The notes beneath the pieces are model-generated. The model was not told the DNA's origin. It worked only from the letters and a program-made list of their open reading frames with translations, and searched no databases. From Mobula hypostoma (taxonomy: Eukaryota), in contig NC_086097.1 of assembly GCF_963921235.1 (NCBI RefSeq), forward strand, positions 145,950,001 through 146,014,000: a DNA stretch of 64,000 bases. Direction: 5' to 3'. Position numbers and translations under genes: made by a program. Below are positions 1 through 12,694 of this stretch, in pieces (the stretch's first letter is position 1; every line of letters starts with the position of its first letter).

Positions 1-135
1 CGAAGGTGTCTCTTTCAGATACCCGGCACCTTTCCTCGGGTCCGAATCCTTCCCAGTCCATGAGGTATTGCTGAACACACCAAACAGTTTGTGAGTCCAA
101 AAGGCTTTTCACCATGAAGACCTGTTCCCCGTCGA
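1..135 (-). pseudogene. Integrase C-terminal chromodomain
   Basis: Manual translation IDGEQVFMVKSLLDSQTVWCVQQYLMDWEGFGPEERCRV matches the chromovirus pattern V..LLDSR.....QYLVDWEGYGPEE. Confidence 0.85.
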
Positions 136-554
136 TAAACCTGGGTAGTGGCAGAGACAATGGTGGAGGGCCAGAGGGGCTGGTGCTGACAGGTTTTAAT
201 TTAGTCTTGTGGAAGGTGGGATTGATCCTTAGGGTGTTGGGGAACTGCAAGGTGTAAGCCACTGGGTTTGCTTTCCTGAGGAATTGGAAGGGTCCAATTA
301 ACTTGGGCGCCATCATTCTAGATTCCACCCAGAGAGGCAAATCTTGAGTGGACAGCCAGACCTGTTGGCCAAGCTGCAAAGTGGCTCCCTGTCTTCACCT
401 TTGGTTGGCCTTGGTTTCCACCTTCCGGGTAGGGACCAGCAAAATTGCTCTTGCCGTTGTCCACTTGTGGTTTCAGTGTTGAACAAGCTCTTCAGCTGCA
501 GGAACCCCAACTTCAGCCTTCTGTTCTGGGAAGAGTGGCGGAGGATAACCAAAC

Positions 555-654
555 AACACACATCAAAGTTGCTGGTGAACGCAGCAGGCCAGGCAGCATC
601 TCTAGGAAGAGGTACAGTTGATGTTTCAGGCCGAGACCCTTCGTCTGGACTAAC
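555..654 (-). mobile_element. 100-bp Penelope pseudo-LTR insertion with degenerate hammerhead
   Basis: Matches 52212-52313. 12-bp TSD GGATAACCAAAC at 543-554 and 655-666. Core is mutated to CAGACGA...GAAACATC. Confidence 0.88.
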
Positions 655-1250
655 GGATAACCAAACTGGCACTCGAATGGCCCATCACTTGTGCCGAGTT
701 CTGTAACGTGTAATGGGTGGCCTCTGCCCACACTAAGTGGTCGCACCACTTGTCAGGTCTTTCTGAGGCCAGGCATTTTAGGGTTCGTTCCAAATCTTGG
801 TTGACCCACTCCCTCTGGCCGTTGGACTGTGGGTGAAACCCAGATAAAAGACTTGCTATTGCCGCGGTCAGCTTACGGAATGCCCTCCAGAAATGTGATG
901 CAAATTGAGGATCATGATCTGTGACAATGTCCACTTAGAATACAAGGTTCCTGAAGACCTGATCCAGGAAAGTTTTGGCCATCTCCACCGCAGATGGTAG
1001 CTTATCCAAGGCAATAAACTTGCAGGCCTTTGAAAACCGATCAATAATTACTATGATGACGGTCTTTCCCTCAGACAGAGGAAGATCCGTGACAAAGTCC
1101 ATGCACCCATAGTCTTTCCAGAACAGGTAGGGGGGTGGAGGAACCTTTGAGGTTGGGAACAGTGCTCCTTCTTCTGGGCTAACACCTCACATGTCTGCAT
1201 GTACAGCCGAACCTCTTTCATCATTCCAGGCCACCAATACCTTCACTTTG

Positions 1251-3667
1251 AAACATAGAAACATAGAAAATAGGTGCAGGAGTAGGCCATTCAGCCCTTC
1301 AAGCCTGCACCGCCATTCAGTATGATCATGACTGATCATCCAACTCAGAACCCTATACCAGCCTTCCCTCCATACCACCGATCCCTTTAGCCACTTCCTC
1401 TTAAATATAGCCAATGAACTGGCCTCAACTGTTTTCTGTGGCAGAGAATTCCACAGATTCACCACTCTCTGTGTAAAGAAGTTTTTCCTCATCTCGGTCC
1501 TAAAAGGCTTCCCCTTTATCCTCAAACTGTGACCCCTCGTTCTGGACTTCCCCAACATCGGGAACAATCTTCCTGCATCTAGCCTGTCTAATCCCTTTAG
1601 GATTTTATACGTTTCAATAAGATCCCCCCTCAATCTTCTAAATTCCAACGAGTATAAACCTAGTCGATCCAGTCTTTCATCATATGAAAGTCCTGCCATC
1701 CCAGGAATCAATCTGGTGAACCTTCTTTGTACTCCCTCTATGGCAAGAATGTCTTTCCTCAGATTAGGGGACCAAAACTGCACACAATACTCCAGGTGTG
1801 GTCTCACCAAGGCCTTGTACAACTGCAGTAGTACCTCCCTGCTCCTGTACTCGAATCCTCTTGCTATGAATGCCAGCATACCATTCGCCTTTTTCACCAC
1901 CTGCTGTACCTGCATGCCCACTTTCAATGACTGGTGTATAATGACACCCAGGTCTCGTTACACCTCCCCTTTTCCTAATTGGCCACCATTCAGATAATAA
2001 TCTGTTTTCCTGTTTTTGCCACCAAAGTGGATAACCTCACATTTATCAACATTAAATTGCATCTGCCATGAATTTGCCCACTCATCTAACCTATCCAAGT
2101 CTCCCTGTATCCTCTTAGCATCCTCCTCACAGCTAACACTGCCGCCCAACTTCGTGTCATCCGCAAACTTGGAGATGCTGCATTTTAATTCCCTCATCTA
2201 AGTCATTAATATATATTGTAAACAACTGGGGTCCCAGCACTGAGCCTTGCGATACCCCACTAGTCGCTGCCTGCCATTCTGAAAAGGTCCCGTTTATTCC
2301 CACTCTTTGCTTCCTGTCTGCTAACCAATTCTCTATCCACATCAATACCTTACCCCCAATACCATGTGCTTCAAGTTTGCACACTAATCTCCTGTGTGGG
2401 ACCTTGTCAAAAGCCTTTTGAAAATCCAAATATACCACATCCACTGGTTCTCCCCTATCCACTCTACTAGTTACATCCTCAAAAAATTCTATGAGATTTG
2501 TCAGACATGATTTTGCTTTCACAAATCCATGCTGACTTTGTCCGATGATTTCACTGCTCTCCAAATGTGCTGTTATCACATCTTTAATAACTGACTCTAG
2601 CATTTTCCCCACCACCAATGTTAGGCTAACCAGTCTATAATTCCCTGGTTTCTCTGTCCCTCCTTTTTTAAAAAGTGGGGTTACATTAGCCACCCTCCAA
2701 TCCTCAGGTACTAGTCCAGAATCTAAAGGGTTTTAAAAAGTTATCACTAATGCATCCACTATTTCTTGGGCTACTTCCTTAAGCACTCTGGGATGCAGAC
2801 CATCTGGCCCTGGGGATTTATCTGCCTTCAATCCCTTCAATTTACCTGATACCACTTCCCTACTAACATGTATTTCCCTCAGTTCCTCCATTTCACTGGA
2901 CCCTCTGTCCCCTACTATTTCTGGAAGATTATTTATGTCCTCATTAGTGAAGACAGAACCAAAGTAGTTATTCAATTGGTCTGCCATGTCCTTGTTCCCC
3001 ATAATCAATTCATCTATTTCTGTCTGTAGGGGACCTACATTTGTCTTTTCACATATCTATAAAAGCTTTTACAGTCAGTTTTTATGTTCCCTGCCAGTTT
3101 TCTCTCATAATCTTTTTTCCCTTTCCTAATTAAGCCCTTTGTCCTCCTCTGCTGGACTCTGAATTTCTCCCAGTCCTCAGGTGAGCCGCTTTTTCTGGTT
3201 AATTTGTATGCTTCTTCTTTGGAATTGATACTATCTCTAATTTCCCTTATCAGCCACGGGTGCACTACCTTCCCTGATTTATTCTTTTGCCAAACTGGGA
3301 TGAACAATTGTTGTAGTTCATCCATGCGATCTTTAAATGCTTGCCATTGCATATCCACTGTCAACCCTTTAAGTATCATTTGCCAGTCTATCTCAGCTAA
3401 TTCACGTCTCGTACCTTCAAAGTTACCCTTCTTTAAGTTCAGAACCTTTGTTTCTGAATTAACTATGTCACTCTCCATCTTAATGAAGAATTCCACCATA
3501 TTATGGTCACTCTTACCCAAGAGGCCTCTCACGACAAGATTGCTAATTAACCCTTCCTCATTGCTCAATACCCAGTCCAGAATGGCCTGCTCTCTAGTTG
3601 GTTCCTCGAAATGTTGGTTCAGAAAACCATCCTGCATACATTCCAAGAAATCCTCTTCCTCAGCACC
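1251..3667 (-). mobile_element. 5'-truncated CR1 LINE (end of APE plus RT), frameshifted
   Basis: ORFs 3035-3694, 2733-3008, 2157-2693, 1958-2197 and 1187-1927 carry [51 protein letters not shown] and RPHLEYCVQFWSP. (TTTCTATG)n tail at 1251-1268. Splits the gypsy integrase zinc finger (HPVIAKTLEIIKR | RYWWPGMMKEV...CEV). Confidence 0.95.
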
Positions 3668-4807
3668 TCTTGATAATCTCGAGAGTCTTGGCAATCACTG
3701 GGTGAGTGGTCATTCTAGATAAATGTCCCTTTGGAGTTCTTGAGACGGGACAGAACTTGGGAAAACAGCCGATCCGGAGGACCATTCTTAGGAATCTCTA
3801 GTTGCGTTTGGGCCTTGTGAACAAAAGCATCGATTTCCCCAATGAATTGGCGCTACCACCCTGGCTTGGGGCAAAATGGTGGTAGGCTGCTCCTCTCGTT
3901 CGGGATATTCAAACTGACGGGACAAAGCATCTAGTTTCTGTTTCTTTGACCCTGGTCGATAGATCAGGGTGAAATTATAGCGGTTAAAGAACAAAGACCA
4001 CTGGCCTGTCTGGAATTCAGTCATTGGTCCCCTGAGTATAAGCCAGGTTCTTGTGGTCTGTCCAAATGATAAAAGGGTTCTTGGTCCCTTCAAGCCAGTG
4101 ATGCCATTCTTCCAAAGCCAACTTAACTGCAAGAAGCTCCCAATTCCCGTTGTCGTAGTTTCTCTCTGCCCAAAATAGCCGCCTGGAGAAGAGTGAACAC
4201 GAGTGCAGTTTACTGTCCGAAGGCGACCACTGAGACAACTTTGCATCCACTCCGATGTCTGAGGTGCCCACCTCCATGAGGAAGGAAAGGTCTGAGTTTG
4301 GTGAAAGCATGACGGGAGCTGACGTGAAACACTGGTTAAACTCAGCAAAAGCAGCCCCCACCTCGTACTCAGGACAAAGGGGCCCATGGATTTCTTAGTT
4401 AGTGCCATCAACAGAGCTGCCACGAGTTGAAGTTCCTGATGAACTTCCGGTCAAAGTTAGCAAATCCCAGGAATCATTGGACTTGCTTGACACAGGATGG
4501 TTGTGGCCAATCTCTGACCGCCTGGGTCTTTCTTGAGATTGCCTTTGGATATGCTGAAACTCAGAAATGAAACCGTCATCACATGAAGTTTGGACATGTC
4601 CAGCTTGACATAAAGTCCAGGTCCAGAGGTCTCTTTAATAAAATCTCCCTGATGTGAGAGACGGGCTCCTCCATGGACCTTGAGAAGATTAGGATATCAT
4701 CTAACTAGACAAAGACGAACTTATGGAGAGTATTCCGTCACGTCATTCATAAAGGCCTGAAAAACTGCTAAAGCATCAACAAGGCCGAAGGGCATAACTT
4801 AGTATTT

Positions 4808-5343
4808 CCAACAAAAACATTCAATAAAACATAAAAATATACAGCTTCAAACGAACCAAATCAAACACATGGTAAATGGCGTATTGGAATAAATGTAGAA
4901 CGTCACTGTCACTGTCACTATAAAACTTCAGTAACTTGTCTTTCTGATTATTTAAATCATATACAGTGGTAGTACCGACACTATTTTCTTCAGTAAGACG
5001 CCGCACAGATACACCACGATCAAGCTTCTGCAATAACTCCACTTTCTGCGTTATTGATAGAGAAGATTCCTTCTCTTTTTCTCATTGTTACCCATAGGGG
5101 TATTAGGGGTATCTACAGCTCTTTTAGACATTTTCACAGTGAAATTAAACACAAAGTCAACAATGAACACAAAATATCAGCGAACAGCAAATGCACGTGT
5201 AACCAGTACGAGCGCTGAGCCACAACTGACGTCTGGCGGCATTTGCTAGTGCTGCCACGTCACACCTGAGTGACGTCAGCTGTTGGCGAGAAAAAATTCG
5301 GTTTTTGGAGCTTTTTGGATTTCAGAATTTTGGATAAAGGAAT
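4808..5343 (-). mobile_element. Tigger/pogo (Tigger4/Zombi- or jerky-like) 5' fragment
   Basis: ORF 4821-5042 ELLQKLDRGVSVRRLTEENSVGTTTVYDL..QKDKLLKF resembles a CENP-B/psq-type HTH. Subterminal ATCCAAAATTCTGAAATCCAAAAAGCTCCAAAAACCGAA resembles Tigger4 ends. Splits gypsy RT between ALTGH and Y*VMPFGL. Confidence 0.75.
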
Positions 5344-7021
5344 GTGCCCCGTGAGTGCATTGGATGTGGTTTTCCACTCATTTTCCTCCTTTACGGGAAT
5401 CAGATTGGACGCATTTCACAGGTCTAGCTTCATGAATACTCTTCCCCTTTGGAGAGTCTCTAGGTCCGTATTCATGAGTGGAAGGGGGGTAACGATTCTT
5501 GACCCTTGTGCGGTTTAAACCCCTATAATTGATGCATGGCTGTAGGCGCTCATCTTTCTTTTGTATGAAGAAGAAGCCTGCCCTAGCTGGTGAGGTGGAG
5601 GGCTAAATGAAACCATAGCAAAAGCCTCCTTTATATACTCCTCCATTGCACTTCTCTCTGGGCCTGAGAGCATGTATAATTGACCCCTTGGAGGACAAAT
5701 ACCAGGCAGCAGGTCTACAGCACTGTCGTATGTTTGGTGCAGTGGAAGAGTCAAGGCCTTTCCCTTGCTGAAGACTTCCTCCAAGTCCATATAGACGGAA
5801 GGGATTTCGACCAGTTTCAGTGTTTCAGTCTTTTCTGGACCTTCCTTCGAAGACGACGTCTAAGGCTTCTTAATTGGCAGGGGTGATTTGAAAAGCCGCA
5901 GTCCCCTCACTAGGTTCACAAAACTCATTCGTAGAAACAGTGGCCAAATCAGAATTCAAATCCTCATCTGTATCCTCAGGCAATGGCAGTGAGGTGTTAC
6001 AAATGGTTTTTGGTTCCTGGGAATAGGCTCCAAGGGTCTGTGTACTGGAGTCTTTTCTTTCCTCGAGACCTGGTGGCTAGATTCCTTAGGATTAGCTGCA
6101 AGAGTTCCAGACGGCTCGGGAACCTCTTTTGTCTTCTCCTGAACTAGAGACTCCCTCTTTCTAGTCCGATGCAGTCCTGACTAGATGGGGTTAGGACTCA
6201 CATTGTCCCATGAGCTGGGACTGGCTTGTCTGTCCTTGGGGACAGGACTAGGTCTCCAGAAGGCTTTGGGTTACTTCGCACTGAAGACCGACCCCTTGTT
6301 GATCATTGGTTTCGGGAGAGTCTTAGGTCAGAAAACCACGCTGCAATCATACCCTCTTACAATGACCGGACCAAACAATGACTCTTCCCTCCCTGTAGTC
6401 CACGGATGGGTTATGCTAGGACAGCCATGGGTACCTAAGGATCAGGGGTATGAGTGGTGAGTCAAAGATGTAGAAACTAATGCCTTCCACATAATCCTCA
6501 ATCCTCATCTGCAAGACCACAGTCTGTTGCTGGATCTGCTCAAAACCCACGGACAGCTGACCAAGACAGTTGCGAGGATGGACTGGCTCAACTCTCACAG
6601 CAGTATGCTGAGCCAACAGGCGGTTCCTAAGTCCAGAAAATCACCCGCTGTCCCAGAGTCCACGAAAGCCTTCACCTGCCTCCAGTTCTTACCCCAGGTG
6701 ATCTCCGCCTTCAGCATGAAGTATCCATGAGATTGGGAGTAGTGGCTGCTACCATCACAGTCATCCTGACACTGGATGTTCCCAACAGTTGCAGCCTGGA
6801 CATTTGGCCCTCAGGTGACCTGCTTCCCCACAGTAAAATCAGCAATCTTGACTGCGACTCCGGGTCCTCTCATTGGCGGAGAGTCTAGTACAGCAGAACT
6901 GCATGAGTTCGACATGGTCTAGAGCAGGACACAGGCTGGCCATGGTCCAAAGTCAGTGAATGGAACTGCATTGCATTGGGGCTGGGGTCGGACCAGTGCT
7001 CTTTGACCTCCTGAAGTAGTC

Positions 7022-7686
7022 TCATTCTCTCTCTGCCAGATGATTATCGAGACAAATGGACTGGTCCATCAGAATCACTAAGTCCTCTGCTGGCTCTCCC
7101 AAGGTGAGGGCATCCTTCAATTCGTATGGGAGTCTGTGGCGGTATAGAGTGCCAAGGCCTCCCTGTTCCAGCCAGTCTCTTGGGCCAAGGTCTGAAATTT
7201 GATACCGCAATTGGACACTGACCATCCACCCTGTCGAATCTTCATCAGACCGTCTGAGACTCTGGTGGGGTGATGGAACACCTTCCTCATGATGGCCATG
7301 AATTCCTCAGAATCCAAGCAAACCTATGATCTGCATTGCCAATGCATGGTTGTCCAGGCCAGGGCTCTTCCAGTCAGAAGAGAGATAATGAAGACCACCT
7401 TTCTGTGCTCTGAAGGGAACCGGAATGACTGGATTTCGAACACTAATGAGCATTGAGTGAGGAAGCCGTGGCAAGAACCTGGGTCACTGTTGAATTTCTT
7501 CAGGGCTGGAAGATATATTGGCTCCACAGAGTGACCAACTGGCTCTCCTGAGGGACTCTGGCTTCCTCCTTGCGAACGTTGATGAACGGCAACCTGGAGG
7601 TTGTGAATCTCTAGGGTCTGTCTGGAAATCCTCTCGCTGTGGCTGGCCATAGCAGACGGAAGACTCTGATACGCCGCTGAGTCCAT
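7022..7686 (-). pseudogene. gag: Sushi-type gag remnant (PEG10/RTL-like capsid)
   Basis: MDSA...KFNSDPGSCHGFLTQCSLVFEIQ..RFPSEHRKVVFIISLLTGRALAW; later frames give IRQGGWSVSNCGIKFQTLAQETGWNREAL. Confidence 0.85.
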
Positions 7687-7702
7687 GCTGGCCCAATCAT
7701 TC

Positions 7703-8000
7703 CGTGACAAGAGACCTCGACAAGGATGGTTAGGGCCTGAAGGCTGGCAAGGTTCAAGACACGGTATAAAGCGGGAACGGGAACTGAGCACAAACAAAGT
7801 AATATCTCTAGTTGAGCATATGACTGAGCACTGAGGCTCCATTCAGGTGCTCGTTATATGCTCAATTCTTGGTACCCAAAACATGATTGCCAATTAACAG
7901 GACGGTCGTGAATCCTTAAAGGGACCAAGCCCAGAGAGTGAAAGTGCCTAAACCCCGGAAGCTGACCCAGTTGGGTGCATCTCGTAAAACCTAGACTACA
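7703..8000 (-). repeat. 5' LTR of the chromovirus (~300 bp)
   Basis: Starts TGTAG, has TATAA at 7858-7854, ends TGTCA(CG) directly before GAATGATTGGGCCAGC and the gag ATG. The second LTR lies outside the window, so the boundary is unconfirmed. Confidence 0.65.
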
Positions 8001-8745
8001 CATCATCTCACCCTGCTTCCTATTAGGATACCATTCCCTTTTGCCATTTTCTCTGACTCTATTACATTTATTCCAACTATGTGGCCTTTCTCCCTGGTGC
8101 CTCTGAAATGTGCTCCTCCTTGTTGAAATGTGGTTCCCTTCTGTCATTGTGGATAGAACTCTCAACCACATTTCCTTCATTTCCCCATGAATCTATTGTC
8201 ACCCCCTCTTCCCTGGGACAGAACAAAGAAAGAGTTCCCTTAGTGCCTATTTCTACCCCACAACCCTTCCCATTTGATGCAGTATCCATCACAATTTCTG
8301 CAATCTTCAACTTGATCCCACCACCAGTCAGATTTTCCACTCTCCTCCCAGAGAGATTACTCACTTTGTGACTCTCTGACCAGTTCTTTGTCTCCACCCA
8401 CTACTCACTGTTCCATGGCACTTTCTCATGAATCTGGAGAAGATTCAACATCTGACCATTCATCCCCTCCCTTCTTACCATATAGAAGTCCAAACAATAA
8501 TTACAGATGAAACAGTTCTTCTGACCTAGGTTACTATGTTTGCTGTTCATACTGTGTCCTTCTTTACATTGGATAAACCAAATGCAGATTGAGCAATTTG
8601 TTTTGTGAAGGACTTTCACTCAGTCTGCAGGCATGATCCTGAGCTTCCGGTTACAAGCCACTTAATTCTCAGTCCCAATCCCTTTCTGGTCCATCTGCAA
8701 CCTCCTCTACTGCCATAATGTGGTCCACAGAAACTAAAGGACAGC
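8001..8745 (+). mobile_element. Old, degenerate Penelope-like element ORF remnant
   Basis: Colinear with 60146-60930: SEMCSSLLKCG..TFPSFPHESIVTPSSLGQNKERVPLV versus REMSSFFKERG..SISPISRISALTPSSCHPTRNRVPLV. Confidence 0.65.
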
Positions 8746-9249
8746 TTCCACACTGTTATCAGACAATTGATCAGAACAAAATCTTTCACTCTTCCTCAGT
8801 ACATATGACAATAATAAATTAATTAACCAATTTTATTCCTGATCTCCCAATCTAACTTGATGTAGTCTGTGTACTTGATATTATGTGCCAAATCATGGGA
8901 TACATTAGTACATTGTGTAGTAAAAAGAACACAATTGCAGTATATATTTTTCAAGTACAGAGAAAAAAATATACACTTTATAATATGTACCTGCCAAGGA
9001 TGACACACTAACATATGTTTTTCACTGTATCTTGGTGCATGTGACAATAAACAAATGCCAATAGTAATACATTTTGAAGCCTCCTGGAATGAACATTGAG
9101 ATTTCCAACTTTGGGTAAACTGCTCTTTAATTTCATCTCCCATTATCATGCTAATGTTTCCTTTAAATGCTCTGCAGATGGTCAGTGCTTATTCTCCTTC
9201 TCATCTGATCTGTCTTAATCTGTCTCAATATGGCTTTTTAATTTTACAC

Positions 9250-9520
9250 CTCATTCCTCCCTCCCAGTTCTGCTTTAAAAGCTGTAACCACTCCATTCTA
9301 TCCCCAGGGTCACAGATCCGAAGTGTTAGTTCATTTTTCTGCAGGTGCAGTTTGATTGGCTCTCTATGGTTGGCTTGTAGCATTTCTGTTTTTGGAGCAG
9401 ATATCTGCAGTTTTACAAACAAGGGAAAATCTGCAGATGCTGAAAATCTGAGCAACAAACACAAAATGCTGGAGGAACTCAACAGGATGTTTCGGGCCAA
9501 AACCCTTCTGCAGGACTGCA
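9250..9520. mobile_element. Two old Penelope pseudo-LTR fragments in opposite orientation
   Basis: Minus copy 9425-9518 (TCTGCAGATGCTGAAAATCTGAGCAACAAACACAAAATGCTGGAGGAACTC...TTTCGGGCCAAAACCCTTCTGCAGGACT) preceded by a more diverged plus copy. Confidence 0.65.
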
Positions 9521-10487
9521 GTTATATTTGCTTTCCTGTCCTGATCACAGAATGGAAATAGAAACATATTAAAGGACTAGCAAATAGATAAACATAAAAC
9601 AGTTTAATTTAAATGAATTATGCAAATTTATATAAATAGTTAAAAATTCGCATGACTAATCCACGTAGGACAAAAATTAGGAGTACTCAATTAGAAGAGA
9701 GAAGGACGTTTTGCAGATGTTGACTACTCTACAGTGTACTAAAAACACTTGTGTTATCCAGCTGTGCACTACCCAACCCAACCCCCTGATATTCCTTTTC
9801 CCTATCATTTCACTTGGAGGTAACACATGATAATGAGGGCAATGTGCCTCTTGATGAATGGAATCAGGCTACAAGTTGGATAGCAGTGACGCAGCCATTG
9901 GAAAGAGGTGACTAAGAAGGATTCCCGGATCTCAGTAGCAGACAAAAGGGTAGGTTCTCTGTAGTTACTCCAATCATATTCATTTTCTTTCTTGAAGGCT
10001 TTGACTTTGCATTTGTAGTTGCTTTCCACTAAGGCTTCAGAACCATAGGATTATTAAATATTTCTTGGCTCTGATTCTTTTCAGTTAATTTCAATGCCTA
10101 GTTGGTCTGAGTTGGTGACAAGCCTGGGCCAGATAGACCACTGCAGGATGGAGTCAGGGCAGTAAAATCAAGAGCAAAGTCTAGGCACAGGACTTCCTTG
10201 AAACACTCCGGGCAAATGTTAATTGCCTCACACTCCTTTATAATCTTGCCTCCATTCATAGGTCTCATCGGTGCCTTGAGAATTTAGACAATAGGTGATC
10301 TTGACGATGCTGAGGAACTTATGCATTTCAGGTTAGTTACAAGTTGCTAGATCGTCTACACTTTTTTCCATTCATTATTGCTTTCTTAGGCCTCAGGTAA
10401 CATGAAGAGGTGTTTCTTTTCTCTTGAGATGTGATACGTTCATGATAATTAGCCTCTGGATCTCCTGGTCATTGTCATGAAACTAGG

Positions 10488-10775
10488 ACAACACACACAA
10501 AATGCTAGAGCAATTCAAAAGGCCAGGTGGCATAGATGAAGGGAAATAATCATTTCCCTCCATTGATGCTTCTTGACCTGCTGAGTTCCTCCAGCATTTT
10601 GTGTATGTTGCTCAAAATTTCAAGCATCTACATAATCTAAACACAAGAGATTCTGCAGATGCTGGAAATCCAGTTTAACACACACAAAATGCTGGAGGTA
10701 CTAGCAGGCAGGCAACATCTATGAAAGGGGAACAGAATGTGTAAATTTCAGGCCAAGGCCCTTCCTCAGAATCTC
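10488..10775. mobile_element. Cluster of three pseudo-LTR fragments (minus, plus, minus)
   Basis: CAACACACACAAAATGCT (10489) and AGCATTTTGTGTATGTTG (~10593-10610) form an inverted pair. A third copy at 10640-10772 has a hammerhead remnant. Confidence 0.75.
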
Positions 10776-11479
10776 TTGGGTCTTACGTCATCAGATGTGA
10801 ACTCAAGTTTTCTAATAAGGGGGACAAGATTCCCTTCACTTGCTCATTGTGGTCGACTTCAGTACAGTCCAGATGTTGTGCAGACCCGATGGTTTCTGAT
10901 GGTTGTGGTGAAAGTCAAAACAACAGTGTTTGCTGTTCAAAATAAAAACAGAAATAGCTGGAAACACTAAGTAGGTCAAGCTGCATTTGAGGAAGAGACA
11001 TAATGATCAATGTGCTTTGTTAGCTATGCTGGGACTGTATTTCAAAAACAGAATAATATGTATTGGTTACTAAAAATGCACTTAGTGCAAACAATGTGGA
11101 ACAACACTTTACCAAAGGAAATGCAAATTGAGTAAAATAGGAATTAAAAATGAACCTCAATGATGCAGCTGGAAGCAACCCTGGATAAAAATTTCAAGAA
11201 CTTGTATTCACTTTTATTTATAAAATATTGCTGATGGGTAGTAATACACGGCCTTTTTTTCAGCTGTTGAGTTTTAGCTAACTGAAACCATGCTTCTAAT
11301 TGGTAGAGAGATGGAAGAGCCTTACCTATTGGCTGTGTAGACACATTAACTGCAATTTGACTTCAAGTGCAATGCATCAGGAATCTAGTGCTTGGTCTTA
11401 GTTATACTTGGCCATATTGCTAAATGCCTGAAGGAAAAAACTTATTTTCTTATAGCAAGGGAAAAAGTGCAAATGACTT

Positions 11480-12195
11480 CGCAGCTGAACACCCAAGCAA
11501 TCACATTGTCAGGTTCGCCGATGACTCGACAGTAGTGGAGCGCATCACCAACAACAGAGAGAAGGCAGAAGAGCTTGAGGCCTAGCTCCTGGCAAATCAC
11601 CTCTTCCTTAATGTGTTCAAGACAAAGGAGAAGGTTATCAACTTCAGGAGAACTTGTACCACTCACACTCCCTTTATATCAGCAGTGGACAGGAAGGCTC
11701 TACAATGGGTAGTCAAAACTGCACAACACATCACTGGCACCAGGCTACCCGCCATCAAGGACATACAGTATATATGGAAAGGTGCCAGGAAAGGGACAGT
11801 AACGTCATGAAGGTTCCCACACACCGTGCTCAAGGACTGGTTGTCCCACTCCCATCAGGGAGGAGGCTACGCAGCGTCTAAGTCAAGATGACAAAACTCA
11901 GAACCAGTTACTTTCCACAAGCAATAAGGCTGATCAACACCTCCACCCACTAACTCCACCACTACCTGATTTTTTTCCACCAGTCACATTATGCACTTTC
12001 TAGCATTACTTTATGGACATACAATCAATTTATAAGCTATCTTATGTATTTATTTTTTATTGTGTGTGGTTTTTAAATTATTATTATTGTTTTCTGTATC
12101 ATTTTTGTTTTTTTTCCTGCTGCATTAGATCTAGACTAGTGGTTATTTTGTTCTCCTTACACTTGTGTATAGCAGAGAATCTTGAATCTTGAATG
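11480..12195 (+). mobile_element. Rex1/Babar-like LINE 3' fragment
   Basis: FADDSTVV, KTKEKVINFRR, DRKALQWVVKTAQHITG and PLPSGRRLRS motifs; tail TCTTGAATCTTGAA. Confidence 0.8.
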
Positions 12196-12694
12196 AGCCA
12201 GTCACATTGATGGATTGAGTATTAACAGTGGAATGACTTAAAATAAGTCTACACATCATGGATTGATTCACTGTTAAATCACATACAAAAATAAGAAAAA
12301 AAAAGAAAGGATTAAGCTGGGGGAAAATGAGAAACAGAAATAAAATCTATTAACACTTTAAGAAAGAGACCCCAATCAACTTTCAGTCTCAGAGCTGCCA
12401 TTCGGAGGCAGTTCATAAACATCACATTGTTTATGCTTGAAATAACATGATATAACTTCTGAGAGAAATTACTTTGGTAACTTCTATACACATACCACAA
12501 TTTCATACCATTTAATCATTTCAATGGCGGTACAATCAAGAAAATACCTTTTTAATGAATCTAACATCAGAATGAGACAAATTTGCACAGCAATTTTTTG
12601 ACATTAGCCTTCAGCCACTTACTGTATTTACATTTTGTCTGAATTTGTGTCTCAAAACTTTGTTCAGTAAGTTGGACCAGATGCAGGTGTACCA

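Larger units (their letters stand above)
1..8000 (-). mobile_element. Decayed Ty3/Gypsy chromovirus (Tf1/sushi-like) LTR retrotransposon, running off the left edge of the window
   Basis: Minus-strand order is LTR (~7703-8000), gag, protease (AFVDSG ~6650-6680), RT, RNase H (ORF 4017-4361: [34 protein letters not shown]), integrase (ORF 650-934: SGFHPQSNGQ.E..NQ.LE), GPF motif (~285-300), chromodomain (1-135). Many stops and frameshifts; interrupted at 555-654, 1251-3667 and 4808-5343. Confidence 0.93.

Noticed and set aside
7324..7842. PEG10/RTL-like domesticated gag gene
   Set aside because: Embedded in a full decayed retrotransposon, with frameshifts in gag.
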